Translations under genes and position numbers: made by a program
In this document: positions 48,089 through 62,230 of the stretch, piece by piece
Position numbering within the stretch: position 1 is the first letter of the stretch
Layout: each line of letters begins with the position of its first letter
The notes under the pieces: generated by a model
What the model was told of the DNA's origin: nothing
What the model saw: only the letters and a program-made list of their open reading frames with translations
Database searches by the model: none
Source of the DNA: the human T2T-CHM13v2.0 reference genome, Homo sapiens
Direction: 5' to 3' (one strand)
NCBI RefSeq assembly: GCF_009914755.1
Contig: NC_060925.1
Length of the DNA: 64,000 nt

Positions 48089-48807
48089 TCAAAATAAGCT
48101 GACAGATGTTCATTGGGTATAGATCTTTATCAGTTTTCATTGCTTAGACTGTAATACTCAGGTAATACAATATATTTGAGGAAGGCCACCATGTGGCAAA
48201 AGTTTTTATGAATAAGGACATGAGAAGCTGAAACGATTGGCTCTTACAGCAAGTTACAGAGAAGCAGGCATGCTCTTTGGGGAGGCTGGAAGAGGGACTG
48301 GGTAGGCAAGGAAGTAGGCAGTGTCAGGCCAACTCTCATTGGTTTTCCAGGTAAACATTTAGACACAGTACTAAGGACTTTGGTACAGTAGTCTCTTAAA
48401 AGTGCAGGAAGGATTTTTCTAACCCTTTACTATTCTCTATGGGGAGGGATAACACTACTCCTAGTCAGCAATAGGCCTGTTAAACAAGCATGACAAAAGG
48501 AGTGCGAATGTCAAGTGTACTCCTCGCCCCCACTTTTAGGACACTGAGGAAGAGAACAAGAACCCATAGCCTACTTATATCTACTTCCACATTCCAAAAG
48601 GTGACAGAGTATAGCAGTAAAGACTTGAAGATAAATTAATAATTTTTCATTAAAAATATATTAATAATGCATTCTTACTGAAAATCATAAGAATTACAAT
48701 GATTTATGGGTATACATGTTCAGTAGCTTTTTAATACCATCAAATATTGTCTGACAAACAGGTTTCTAAGTAGAATATTATATATCATAAAAACAAGCTG
48801 TGTTTAA

Positions 48808-49138
<331 letters not shown>

Positions 49139-50589
49139 AAATGGCAGTGTATGTCTAAACTAGTAAGTTTTGAACTAATTTAAGAAATAATTTTAATATG
49201 GGCACTAAAGATTTTTGCAATTTTAATTAGGCAGATCTGATAATTGGAGAATTAAAGGCAAATTCTAAGTGGTACTAACAAATATACTATTTAGTAGAAA
49301 TATCTAATTACAGAACAGCAGGTTTGGTATGGTTGTATTTATATAAACTATATCAGCTTTTTGACTGATATACATGTTTATAGATTTTTTTAAAAATCAC
49401 ATTTAGAAAGTAAAAGCATTTAATAAATAGTGGTTATTTTCAGGTTTGGAATTATGTGGTGTCATTTTCTACTTAAAATGCATCTGTATTTTCATTCTCT
49501 TACAGCAAATACATTATTTGTATAATTCAAATATATTTTTCTAAAAAAAAAATTAGCATTCTAAGTCTTATTTCACACATGTGCAGGATGCTGTCCCAGC
49601 TGTCATACAAAATTACTATAAAAGACATTGTCCTGACTTTAAGGAATTTAAATGGAAAAAATAACACAGACAAGATAAGCAGACTGGGCATATTTTCCAA
49701 AGCACAAAGAAGTTTGTTTGCCTGGTTTTCTGGATATTGTGTGGTGAGCTAGAAACTTACCAACTACAGCTGTGGCCTCAAATTTGTATAGAACTTATTT
49801 TTCTTAAAAGACAATGAGCAATGATGGCATTTAGATTTCTTTCAACACGAAGCAGTAGAAATAGCATGACTTTAAAATGGGCTGATTTAAAAAATAAATA
49901 TAATAAAATTTGATAACTAAGAGCACTGTTAAACGTGAACTACTAATTTTTGTGGTAGAAATGTTCATGGGGTTCTCAAAATTCCTTTCTGAAACTGTTC
50001 CTAGAACTAGTTCATAATTGAATGAGAAAATCAGTTTTGTTATTTTACAAACATTTCTCAAATTTGTCCAAAACTGCTTAATGGCACCATCTGTCTTATC
50101 CACAGTGCTGGGTGCATTTATGGGTAGCATCCCACTTAAGTCTCAAAACAACCTCTATAAAGTAAATACTATCATCATCATGTTTTTTCCATATTAGACA
50201 TAGGCTCATTACTTGTTTAGGGCCACAGAGCTACTAAGTGGGAAATCAGCAATTGAGTACTGAGTCCCTTAATTTATGTATAATATTTGGAAAAAGCACT
50301 GGTGTGAAGTCAGATCTTTGGAGCTGTAATGAAATTACTAATATCAAAGCTCAGACTCCCAAAGGGATGCTTGGGAAAGGAACAATCCTTCACATGGGAG
50401 ATAAGCCCTGCCATTGAGATTTTTATTCCTGTTGATTTTTAGTTACTATAAATGTCTAATGATTCTCCAGGGTACTTTTGGTGGTGTAGAAGAAGAGAAT
50501 TCAGGGACAGTAGGCATGAGAGGTGGGGAGGCCCCAAGGAAAAAAAAGACTCATCTCCGCACCGCCCCCCCCCCGCCACCACCCCTGCA

Positions 50590-51490
<901 letters not shown>

Positions 51491-54400
51491 ATCTTTCCCC
51501 TGAACTTCTAAGGTAGTTGAAGGTACCTCTTCTCTTTGCTTCTATGGTATATTATACTATATGGATTGTTTATATTGTTTTATTTACCTCATTAGACTGA
51601 GCAAAAGCAGGAAACCTCTATTTCCCAGATCCTTAGAGAGCATGTGATAAACATTTATAGCCCTCAACTGGATGAGTGTCCTTCATAGTTAAGGGCAAGG
51701 AAGGAAGTCATAAAACTGATCAGTACATTATCAGAAGTCAATACTTTGTCACGATATACTTAAAAGAAACATGAAAACTTAGAATAACTACTTTACCAAA
51801 GTTGGAAGCTCTGCTTCGTACAGTACTGTAAATTCCTCAAGAAAAAAGGCAAAAAGAACGATGAGTACTCTCACCACCAAGTGCTCTCAAATGAAATCAG
51901 TTTGAAGCAGTTTTCATTAAGATGGATTGAATGTGGCATCGTGAGAAACACTTTATCAAATGTAGTGTTTTACTTAGTGATTAACTATATACCAGTTGAT
52001 GAAGCTCCCCAAATCCTTTGTAATCCCACCACTCCAATAAACATTTAATGAGTATATAAGTTCAAAAAGCCTAGCAGAGGATTTAAACCTTCAATCTTGT
52101 TTTTATTTACTCTTGGAACTCAATTTCTCACTTCAAGTGAAGAATGCTGGTGTTTGAGGCTCATCTGTTGCCCTGGTAAAATTAATGTACCTCCCCTCCC
52201 ACAGTTTAAATTAAACATGTGATATTTAAGATGAAGAAAATTTAGTAAGAGTGCCACAGTATCCGTCATATTTGCCTTAAAATGTTTGAACATGAGCAAA
52301 CTGTTTTCTGAAAAACGATTCATTCAAAAATTTTAAAAAATAATCTTGAGCAAAATCTGTTTTAACTCTCAAGTGTGAAATATGAAAAGGAGAGATGAAG
52401 TTTGATTATTAAATCCTGAAGTACAGCAGTTAGCAATGAAAACTCAAGTGTGGTGGGATAGTGTAAACCATATTTACCTGTCATGGAACATGTGAGCTCT
52501 TATTTGGTCCCTACTACTTACTATCAGTGTGTTGTAGGCAAGTCATGTAGCTTTTCTGGACTTTCTCATCTCTAAAATGGGAATATGAGGATTATATATC
52601 CCTATTTCACTGTTTGGTTGTGGAGTTCAAATGAGATATGTATAGGAACATGTTTTATAAACCACAGAGCATCACAGAATTCTGAGGTAACATTACAATT
52701 ACTATACGTACACAGTTAAAAGAAGATGTATACAATCTGCTTGATGACTTCAATAAATGAACCTGTTTAGATTTAATTTTGAATAATTTATCTCTCATGG
52801 AGTTAAACTTTAGTTTATAGAAATGTAATAAACTGTACATAAACTGTTGATCTGTAACTTGGAAAAGAGAAATGAGGAAAGAAGAAAGCCCTGGACAAAG
52901 AAATAAAGACATTTTTATCAGTCCAGAGAGGTCAGTGGATTTTGGTTACAAATCTAATAGGAAGCAAAATATTTAATTACATGAACCAATAATTTTTCAT
53001 CTGCTAAAACACCTAGACACTAAGAAAAGCAAACAATCAATTGTTTCATTAGAAATATCCAGGAGTTAATAAACAAGAGCTTATATTCCTCAGGGGATTA
53101 TCAGTCTGAATAAATCCAAATGCCAATTTACTGTACAAGACACTTAGTAAAAGTTCTTTTGTCTACGATATACTGTATTTTTAAGTGTAAGTTATCTGCA
53201 TTTAAAGCTAAAATGTGTGAGGTATACATAGTATATCTTACAGAAGCTTTGGAAATGGGCTTTTAAAAATATCTATACCTATTTTGGGAGCTACAGTTTA
53301 AGTTACAAAAGGCTGTGACATTTTCTGGTTACTTCAACTACTGGTAAGCAGAGAAATGCACTATTATCAAAGAATAAGTTGAAAAATACATTATTTTGAA
53401 ACTATAATTAGATATTCTTTCAAACATATTTATGTCTAATAAGTGATTGTTTAAATATAACAACATGGCCATACAATGAGACTCCATAACCATTAAAAAT
53501 CCTGTTAAAATAAAATATTCAGCATTATTTTACAAAGCATGTCACCTAAATCTAACAAAGCTTTTAGACCTAATATCCATTTTTCAGGAAATCAGAAAAA
53601 TAATATCACAAGGAAACAATCACACAAATCCAGAATTTGGAACCATCTACAAGTCATCCGGTCTGATTTCTTCACAAAGCAAACGCCAGGAGGAAAAAAT
53701 GGGGAGAGATGGTGCTTGCTTAAAAGGTATTTAAGATATCTAATACTCAAATATAACTTGTGATCCTTGAGTGGATTGTGGTTCCAAAAAAAACAGCTAA
53801 AAAGAAATTCTGGGGATGACTGGTGAAGTTTGTATATGCACTGGATAGTAGATAATATTAGAGAATTATCGTTAATTTTGTTATATGTGAAAATGGTATT
53901 GTGATTATGTAGGAGAATATCATTATTTTTGGAAAATGCATGCTGAAGTTTTTAGGGGTAAAGTATGACATCTATAATTTATTTTGAAATGGCTTAGCAA
54001 AAAATAATAAATATACAGTATACCCTAAATGTTTCTGTGCAGTTTAAGTTTCAATAACTTCAAAAGCTTAACTGCTAAAAACTATTAAAATTTATTTGAA
54101 GTTTTAATTATTTATATTTATTTTATACTTGTTTGTTTTTGTGAATTTTGAATAAATTTTTAATTTATTTTCTGTTCCAGTCAACATTTGTCATTTTTAA
54201 TCAGAGGAACTGAAACAAAAATTTATAAAAATTTATTCATCAAAATCACAAATCCAAATAAGTATAAAAATATAAATAAATTTCAAATGCTGCTCTTTTG
54301 TCAATCTGTAGCAGTTAATCCTTTTAAGTCATTAAGCCTTAAAACTCCATTAAGACTTTGAGATGCCTATATATGGAAGATAAAAATATGGCAAAATTTT

Positions 54401-54669
54401 CCTAATTATTAAAGGTAGGTATAGGGGATTTGGCTATTTATTGTACTATAGTACTTTTTCTGTATTAAAATTTAAATAATTTTTTATAATAAAAAGTTAA
54501 AATACTATAAAAGAAGTTATAATTAAGAAAGTGATCATATAATATTAAAAGGTAAAAAAAGCTGTTATTACAGGATTATAACATGACTAAATTTTATACT
54601 AAAAATCCATATATATGGTCAACTAAACATACAATAATATGCAAAGAGCATAACAAAGTTAACAGTTAA

Positions 54670-55005
<336 letters not shown>

Positions 55006-55409
55006 AGTATTTTCCATAAACCTATATTTATGAACACCATAAACATATATTGCCATAAACATGCAATTCTTTAAAAACAGCCATTTTTATATAGATTGAA
55101 CAGTTGAAACATAATTGCTTAAAACAGCTTTTAAAAGGGCTATTCTGCTATTCTTAGGGTAAAGAAGTTTCTTACTCTAAATTCATTAGACTGTCAATTA
55201 TAGCTCTAATTTGATTAATCATCTTGGAATTTGATTTTTAAAATTTATTTTTAAATGAATTTTTCTTTGTATCAGAATTTAACATACTCTAGAAAATAGA
55301 AATCTCAGAGGCATCCTTGCACTCTGTTCTCAAACTCCTTGCCCTCTTTAATTCCAACAGCTTTCCCCTCTACTCCATGTACACACTATTCCTTCCTTCT
55401 TCCCTTTCT

Positions 55410-55850
55410 TTATTCCTTGATTTATTAAACATTTACTGAATTTTTACTAAGTACAGGGACATAAAGGATAGTCCCTGCCAAAAGAAAATCAAAACTCCTG
55501 GGAAGACATATGTAGAATGGATAATTATAAACACTGTGTTAAGTGTAACAATAAGAGATAAGCAGAGGGTTTTTCACTGGGAAGTGCTAAAGGGGTAGGT
55601 GCTGCCAATGTGAGAGAAGGGGAGGAGGTGGAAAAGGTAAGTTTCAGAGGAGGAGGAGGAGTCATCCAGGTAAAGAGCAGAATGAAAGGCATTTCTAGCA
55701 GTGGGGAAGCATGAAGAAAGAGTAAGATTATGGGGCAATACAAATGGTACACTATTGCCAGATTTATTTATTAAGTGTGAGGCAGGGAATGGGAAGAGCT
55801 GAAGCTACATAGATAGGCAGGAGCCAGATTGCTGATGTCTTGACTGCTGT
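55410..55850. mobile_element. L2 fragment
   Basis: aaacatttactgaa...gtccctgcc...aggcatttctagcagtggggaagcatg, typical of the L2 3' region. Confidence 0.6.
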
Positions 55851-56334
55851 GACAACATACAAATAGTGATTAGAATCTTCTTGCTCAAAACTTATCTTCT
55901 AAATTCTTGTTATGGGCTTCTTCTTATAGACTTCAAGATCACAAAGTCCATTTCTATGTTTAAAACCTTTTTTTGGGGGGGTGGGCAGGGGCCCAAAGTG
56001 ACTTTTGGGGAAAAATATTGCAGTTGTTAGATATATATCACTACACAGAATAATCATTTTGGGAAAAGACTAAAGAACAAATCTATCAAGAACTAGTCAT
56101 TTGCGTAACTGAAAAGAATACAAATATGTAGCTTGGTCCCTTCTAAGCACATCCACCTTTTTTCCCATTTAAAAAAAAACCCTATTTCAGTGCTTCACAA
56201 GGCCTTCTGCAAGAGCCAGCAGTACCCCTATCACATTAATGTCCCTTGTGAAATGGGTATCTTGGTGAAGACTAGGTTAGCAGATGAACCAGAAACAAAT
56301 AAAGTCTCCAATCTCAAAATGAAAACAGAAAACG

Positions 56335-56442
56335 GTGCTTGCTTCAGCAGCACATAATACTAAAATTGGACTTATACAGAGATGATTAGCATGGCCCATG
56401 CACAATGATGACATACAAATTCGTGAAGAGTTCCATGTTTTT
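56335..56442 (+). pseudogene. Full-length processed U6 snRNA pseudogene (RNU6-type), antisense to FAF1
   Basis: GTGCTTGCTTCAGCAGCACATAATACTAAAATTGG...ATACAGAGATGATTAGCATGGCCC...CAAATTCGTGAAGAGTTCCATGTTTTT aligns end to end with U6 (about 13 substitutions and 1 insertion by hand). Followed by an A-rich tail and flanked by the direct repeat aaaacagaaaac. Confidence 0.95.
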
Positions 56443-56548
56443 GGAAAAAAACAAAAACAAAAACAGAAAACATTTAAGCATTGCCTCAGCCCTAGTGGTA
56501 AACCTGTGGGATGCACTTTTTAATCAGAAAAGGTCAAACTGTACTTAC

Positions 56549-56630
56549 ATCTCGGGCTTTCACATAGAAGGCCTCTTGAAAAGCAGCTTCTAATGAGCCA
56601 ATAAAAAATACAGGATGGCAATCACCATAT
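56549..56630 (-). CDS. FAF1: FAF1 coding exon (probably exon 12), 82 nt: (R)YGDCHPVFFIGSLEAAFQEAFYVKARD, start of UAS domain
   Basis: Acceptor ttcctatag|A, donor GAT|gtaagt, phase 2 to 0. Confidence 0.97.
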
Positions 56631-57582
56631 CTATAGGAAAAAGTGAGTCTATTAATTAAAATACTTTTCAAATTCACTTCAGATTTCACAAGTCTAATCA
56701 ATGACTTTTAAGTAAATGTTGGGGCTAATGTCTAGTGCATACTAAACATAAAAACATTTCTTTAAAAGCTTGGAAATGAGCTTTATTGGTTTTTAGAATT
56801 CTTCTTGGCCTATACTGATATACTAAAATACTGGAATTTTAAGTACACTTAGCAAATGAATTTAATAAGTGCTATAAAACCATGCCATTTATAAGAAGAA
56901 ACTCTTGGTTACTCACTTTCATATGATTTTACTAGTTACATTAGCCTTATTTTCCCACTTCAGTTCATTTATTCCAGAATTCCAATAGAAGGAAAAAACT
57001 GTTTCTTTTAAAAGTCTCCATATTATATTTCAACAGAAAATATCACTAAAACAATATCATTTACACCAAATTGAGGATTAAACATTAATTCTCTTTATAT
57101 TTGAATACCTCAGCAGACTCTCAAATGCATATAAAATATTTTATATTTGACACTTAAGGAAGAAATGTAAAGCAATTCCAAAAGAAAAAAATAAAGGAAA
57201 AAATTCACTTGGATTTAAAATGTTTAAAGTATTTTTAAATTTAATATTATTTTAAAGGATTTTCCATTTGACTGTCCTAAGATATACTAAAAATTACTAT
57301 CCTATATCCTAGTCCTTTGGGAATATAATAAAAATATTAAATTAGGATCCATTTATTGAACGTCCATAAACATACAGAAATAAGTTGAATCTATCTCTAA
57401 AGTGGCATAAATGGTTTACTGGTTATTTATGTGTTTCACTATTAGGACTATATAAATTAACAAGTATATCCTTTGAATACTTTAAGGAGAAACTTTAAAC
57501 AATCTATAATTAAAATTGCCCAAGAAAAATCACAGTAGCATAAAACAGCATCAAATTTATATAGTTAATGTCCTAACCCTAC

Positions 57583-57646
57583 CTTGAAGAAAACTCTGCT
57601 GTAAATTGTAATAAGGCATCTCCTTCATTTTCTGCGTTTTCTGGCA
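57583..57646 (-). CDS. FAF1: FAF1 coding exon (probably exon 11), 64 nt: (M)PENAENEGDALLQFTAEFSS(R)
   Basis: Acceptor tttttag|TG after a (TTTG)-rich tract, donor TCAAG|gtaggg, phase 1 to 2. Frame is continuous with the neighbouring exons. Confidence 0.97.
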
Positions 57647-58615
57647 CTAAAAAACAAACAAAAGAAAAAACAAAAACAAAAAAACAAAACAAATAGACAC
57701 AAAAACAAACCACATAACATCTAATCCCACATATAAGAAATATATTCAATCAATAAAGAGGAAATAAAATTAAATTTTAGCTTCTGTGATATATCTGAGG
57801 GGATAGTTTAACTCAACATATATTAGATCTCATCAAACCAGAATCAAAAAGAACCTTAAAATATTCCAAGCTCATAAATTTTGAAAAACCAATGGACACA
57901 ATCCTGCTAAGCATTTAAAATATGTGCCCAGTTGTCATTTAGGATTTCAATGTTTTCTTGAAATAGACATCTTGTGACTAAATTATATTAAATGGGTCTG
58001 ATATTATTTTAAAGACTTCATTAATTGGGAAAATAACCAATTTTATGTAAACATCACATCTATTTCTGCCCACAGGAGTTCTCTAATTTCACAAAGTAAA
58101 TAGGCCATTATTATTTTAGTGGTCATTTTGCACGTAGCATGTCTTGTTATTCTATAGTACACATCTTGTAAGTGGAAGTGAAAGAGATGGTACATTTAGT
58201 TTACTTTTTTCCTTCCAAAGATGGGTACCGTTGAATAGAAAAGTAACATTATTACTCTTAAAACTGATATCTCTAATAAGATGTGGGGAAACAAGTATCG
58301 GTCACAGAAAGTACACCTGTTTGTTAATCAGCCTCTAGGTTTAAAGAGAGACAGTCATAATTCATTATACATGTAAAACAAAAGTTACACTACCTTGCAT
58401 TTTTAATGAATTTTCCTAATGCACTGAGAATTTTTGAGTTTAATAAAATCTAAATTCAAAAGGCTCTGGTTCTAATGAAGAATGCCTACTCTCTATTATC
58501 TTATCTCCTCAAACCTGGAGGTCAGTAAGAGATGTTTAAGTTTAATGTTCTTCATAAGTTTGTGTACTAGAAGAAAGAATTCTATTGCTGGACCCAAAGA
58601 GCTATTAATACTCAC

Positions 58616-58742
58616 TCATTGGAGATTTTCTCAAGGCAGATGACGCCATGCCAAATACTTCTCCATCATCCACCCCAAATTCTGTAGCATCTTCAAAGTC
58701 ATCTCCATCGCTATCACTAACCATATGAACATCGGTGATTTG
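58616..58742 (-). CDS. FAF1: FAF1 coding exon (probably exon 10), 127 nt: QITDVHMVSDSDGDDFEDATEFGVDDGEVFGMASSALRKSPM(M)
   Basis: Minus-strand translation matches human FAF1 as I recall it. Acceptor ttaaatag|CAA, donor ATGA|gtgagt, phase 0 to 1. Confidence 0.97.
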
Positions 58743-59777
58743 CTATTTAAGGAAAGTCCTGATTAGTTTCATATTGATTTTGGCCTATCAAATTCTAAGA
58801 ATAAGTTATAATAATAACAACAGGACATAAGCGTTATAAAATTTTTATCAAATAAACTCATTTGCTAGAGTAAAGCTTACTATTTTTTCCTTTTAAGGCT
58901 TACATACTTCCTAAACTTTCTGTGATACCTGTAGACCGAAGGTCTCCAACCTTCGGGAAATGAAGAATGCTTACAAACTAAATAAAGACAGGGATTTTTG
59001 TCTTTTTCCCCAGCATATAGTATACAAGTAAGTGCAAAACAAATGAGAAAATGGGTACAACTGGAGAAGTCAGAGACAAAGTAAGTTATGCGTCTCTCAA
59101 AAAGCTCACATTAATTTATATTTGGCAGGTGGAGGCAATGGTAGCATTTCTAAACTTTCCACTTCCTTACTGCAGTGGTTCTCAGGTTTCTCTTTGTGAA
59201 ATATGGTACACTATCCTCACATTGTTATGGATAACATGAAATACACTACATATGAAAGCTCTTTGTAAACTGAAGATGAGATGTAATAATAATGTTTTAC
59301 ATATGAGTTGTAATAATAATGTTTTAATTCAGTAAAAATTACTGAGAATTTACTACCTGCTGAGCACTGATGAATATGCTCTGTTTATTTTGTTTTCAGC
59401 AACATCAATTGAAAAGGTATTAAAAACATCTGCTTCAAAGAACTAGGCTGTTATTCTCTAGGTTAGAATGTGATTCTGAAATACTGAGATATAAAACTTT
59501 TGGACTGGGCTGTAAATACTGCTGAATATTCATGCCTTAGGTAAGAAGACGGTCCAAGCAAGATATCTGGCTACATGCTTGTCTGTCCTATGTTCAATAA
59601 ATAAAGTCTATAAATATTACTTAGTAAATAAAATTTCTATCTTTTAAAATGTGGCACTATGTACTTAAGTTATAAAATGGGGAAACTGATCCTTCAGTCT
59701 ATGTAGAATAACCTAATATAACATAAATATTTTGCCAGAAAAGCATTAATAGAAACAAAATATAAGACTCATAATTA

Positions 59778-60006
<229 letters not shown>

Positions 60007-61936
60007 TTAGCTAGAGGGAATGTCAGAGGTTAGACAGTTGTTGAATCATAGATTTTAAAGCTGGAAGGATCTTAAAAATCTGTCATCGGCGGTTTTCTAA
60101 CTTATTTTCATAGGGTTTCCTCCCTCCCCTAGGCCCAAACAAAATATTACAATACATAAAAGTAGGACTACTCTGGTTGATACAGGGAGAGGTCAATGGG
60201 GAGCTTAATGCTCTTGGAGTTGGCCTTTTCTTCCTTGTATCTGTTGACACCTGGGGTATAGCCAGAGGATCTCAGGACCCCATGAAACACTTTTTAAAAC
60301 TGCTCATCTAGTGATTCTAAGAGTTCCAAATGAGAAAGTCAAGATGTTTCTCATTTGACTTAGTGTCAAATGTCAGCATTTCCTCCTTGGGCATACCCAA
60401 GCATTAATGCAGAGAATCATAATCATATTTTCCCTCTCAACTTTAAGACAATCTTTCTAATGCTTTGAATAGACAAGATAATGAAGATACATTTGTTGCA
60501 TGAATAAATAAATGGTCCTTCCCTGAAGCATTTACCTGCCATCTTAACTCTACTTCTCACGGAAACACTGGTCCTCCTCCCTTAATAGTTTGTTCGTAGA
60601 TCTAAGATCTCCTGGTTTAAGCTAGTCAACAGCTTAAAAATCCACAATGCTTTCTCATTTTAGAGCAGTGAAAGAGCCTCCTCCACAAAACAACACATTT
60701 ACTAGGACAACAGTGCTTGAGTTCCCGCTGTGTTTCAGGTAGTCAAATATCTGGAGAATGAAGTTGCCTTTAAATTTGAGGCTTAGTCTTAAATAGGTAA
60801 AGGCTCAAGATTTACAAGATATACCACATGTTCTTTTACAGTGCCTAGCCAGATTCACAGGCAACTGAAAAGAAACAAAGGACGAGTATGACAAATCTTC
60901 TCACATCCTCTATCAGGTAAGCTATCAATTCAGTCTTTGCTTAATCTTGCCTAGTACTCACCCCCTCCTTTGAGGCATCAGGTTAAGAACAAGGGGTGGG
61001 AGACACAGGGGAGAAAAAAGGGAATGTTCTATATATACTTCTTTCTATACTTACCCCTTTTACTTTACTGTCCCACATCCATCCTCTTTCTCCAAATCCT
61101 GTTCAATACATTAGCTCCTTCTATAACAACAGGACCTTACTTCATACTAAGATAGTGATTTTAATATTCTCCATGTGTCTCCATTATTCGTTTTCCCTTC
61201 ACAAAGTAGAGAATCCCCAAACCTCTTAAAATTCCAGAAAACAAAATCCTATAACCACAACATCTTCAAAGGGAGGTATCTAAAAAGCCAATTTTGTTGA
61301 AAAAAGTATATTTCAAATATGAATTATTGAAATATCTGCAAGAATGAACTACTTAATTATGTATAAGGAACTCCCAGTCTCTTCATATTTTTTTATCAGC
61401 CATCTAACAGGTTAGAAAAAGCTTTTTCTAAAAAATAAGATAAACTTTTTTTCATTAATGTTTGCTGATGAGAATAGATAATCTCTCGGTATCTGTCATG
61501 GCTGCCCTAAAATTCTTTAAATCCAGAAAAAGTATTTATTCATAATTTTAAAAACAGCTAAAAAATTAGTGATTATGCTTATTGCATTCATTTATTACCT
61601 TTAACATTTAACAAACATTTACAAATCACTGTTAAGTGCTACGCTGTTTGGACCTATGTGGAAGATACAGTATATCCTCTCTTAAGGAGCACCATATATT
61701 ATACACAGAGTGATTAGTGCTATGACATGTAAATTCAGAAGAGAGGACCTAAATCATAGGGGGTAGGAATCAGGAAAAACTTCCTGGAGGAGATGATAAC
61801 TAAACCGTTTAAGGTAAACATTTAGAACTCATAACTGGCATTAAAGCAAGCTTATAATTGAAATAGATGTTCCTTTCAGCAACATTCACCAACTACCTAT
61901 TATGTCAAGGCACTATGTTAAAAACTAGGTATGTCA

Positions 61937-62230
61937 GCCAGGCATGGTGGCTCATGCCTGTAATCCCAGCACTTTCAGAGGCCGAGGCAGGCGGATCACT
62001 TAAGGTCAGGAGTTCGAGACCAGCCTGGCCAACATGATGAAACCCCATCTCCACTAAAAACACAAAAATTAGCCTGGTGCGGTGGCAGACGCCTGTAATC
62101 CCAGCTACCTGGAAGGCTGAGGCAGGAGAATCACTTGAACGTGGGAGATGGAAGTTGCAGTACGTGCCACTACATCCAGCTAATTTTCATATATTTTGTA
62201 TAGACAGGGTCTCACTATTTGCCCAGGCTG
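61937..62230. mobile_element. Sense AluS (61937-62160, 3' end missing) fused to an antisense AluJ fragment (62161-62230)
   Basis: Body stops at ggaagttgcagt and switches to reverse-complement Alu text. Confidence 0.8.

Noticed and set aside
56335-56442. Possible functional U6 snRNA gene
   Set aside because: About 13% diverged, has an A-tail and TSD, and shows no evident upstream PSE/TATA. It is a retrocopy.
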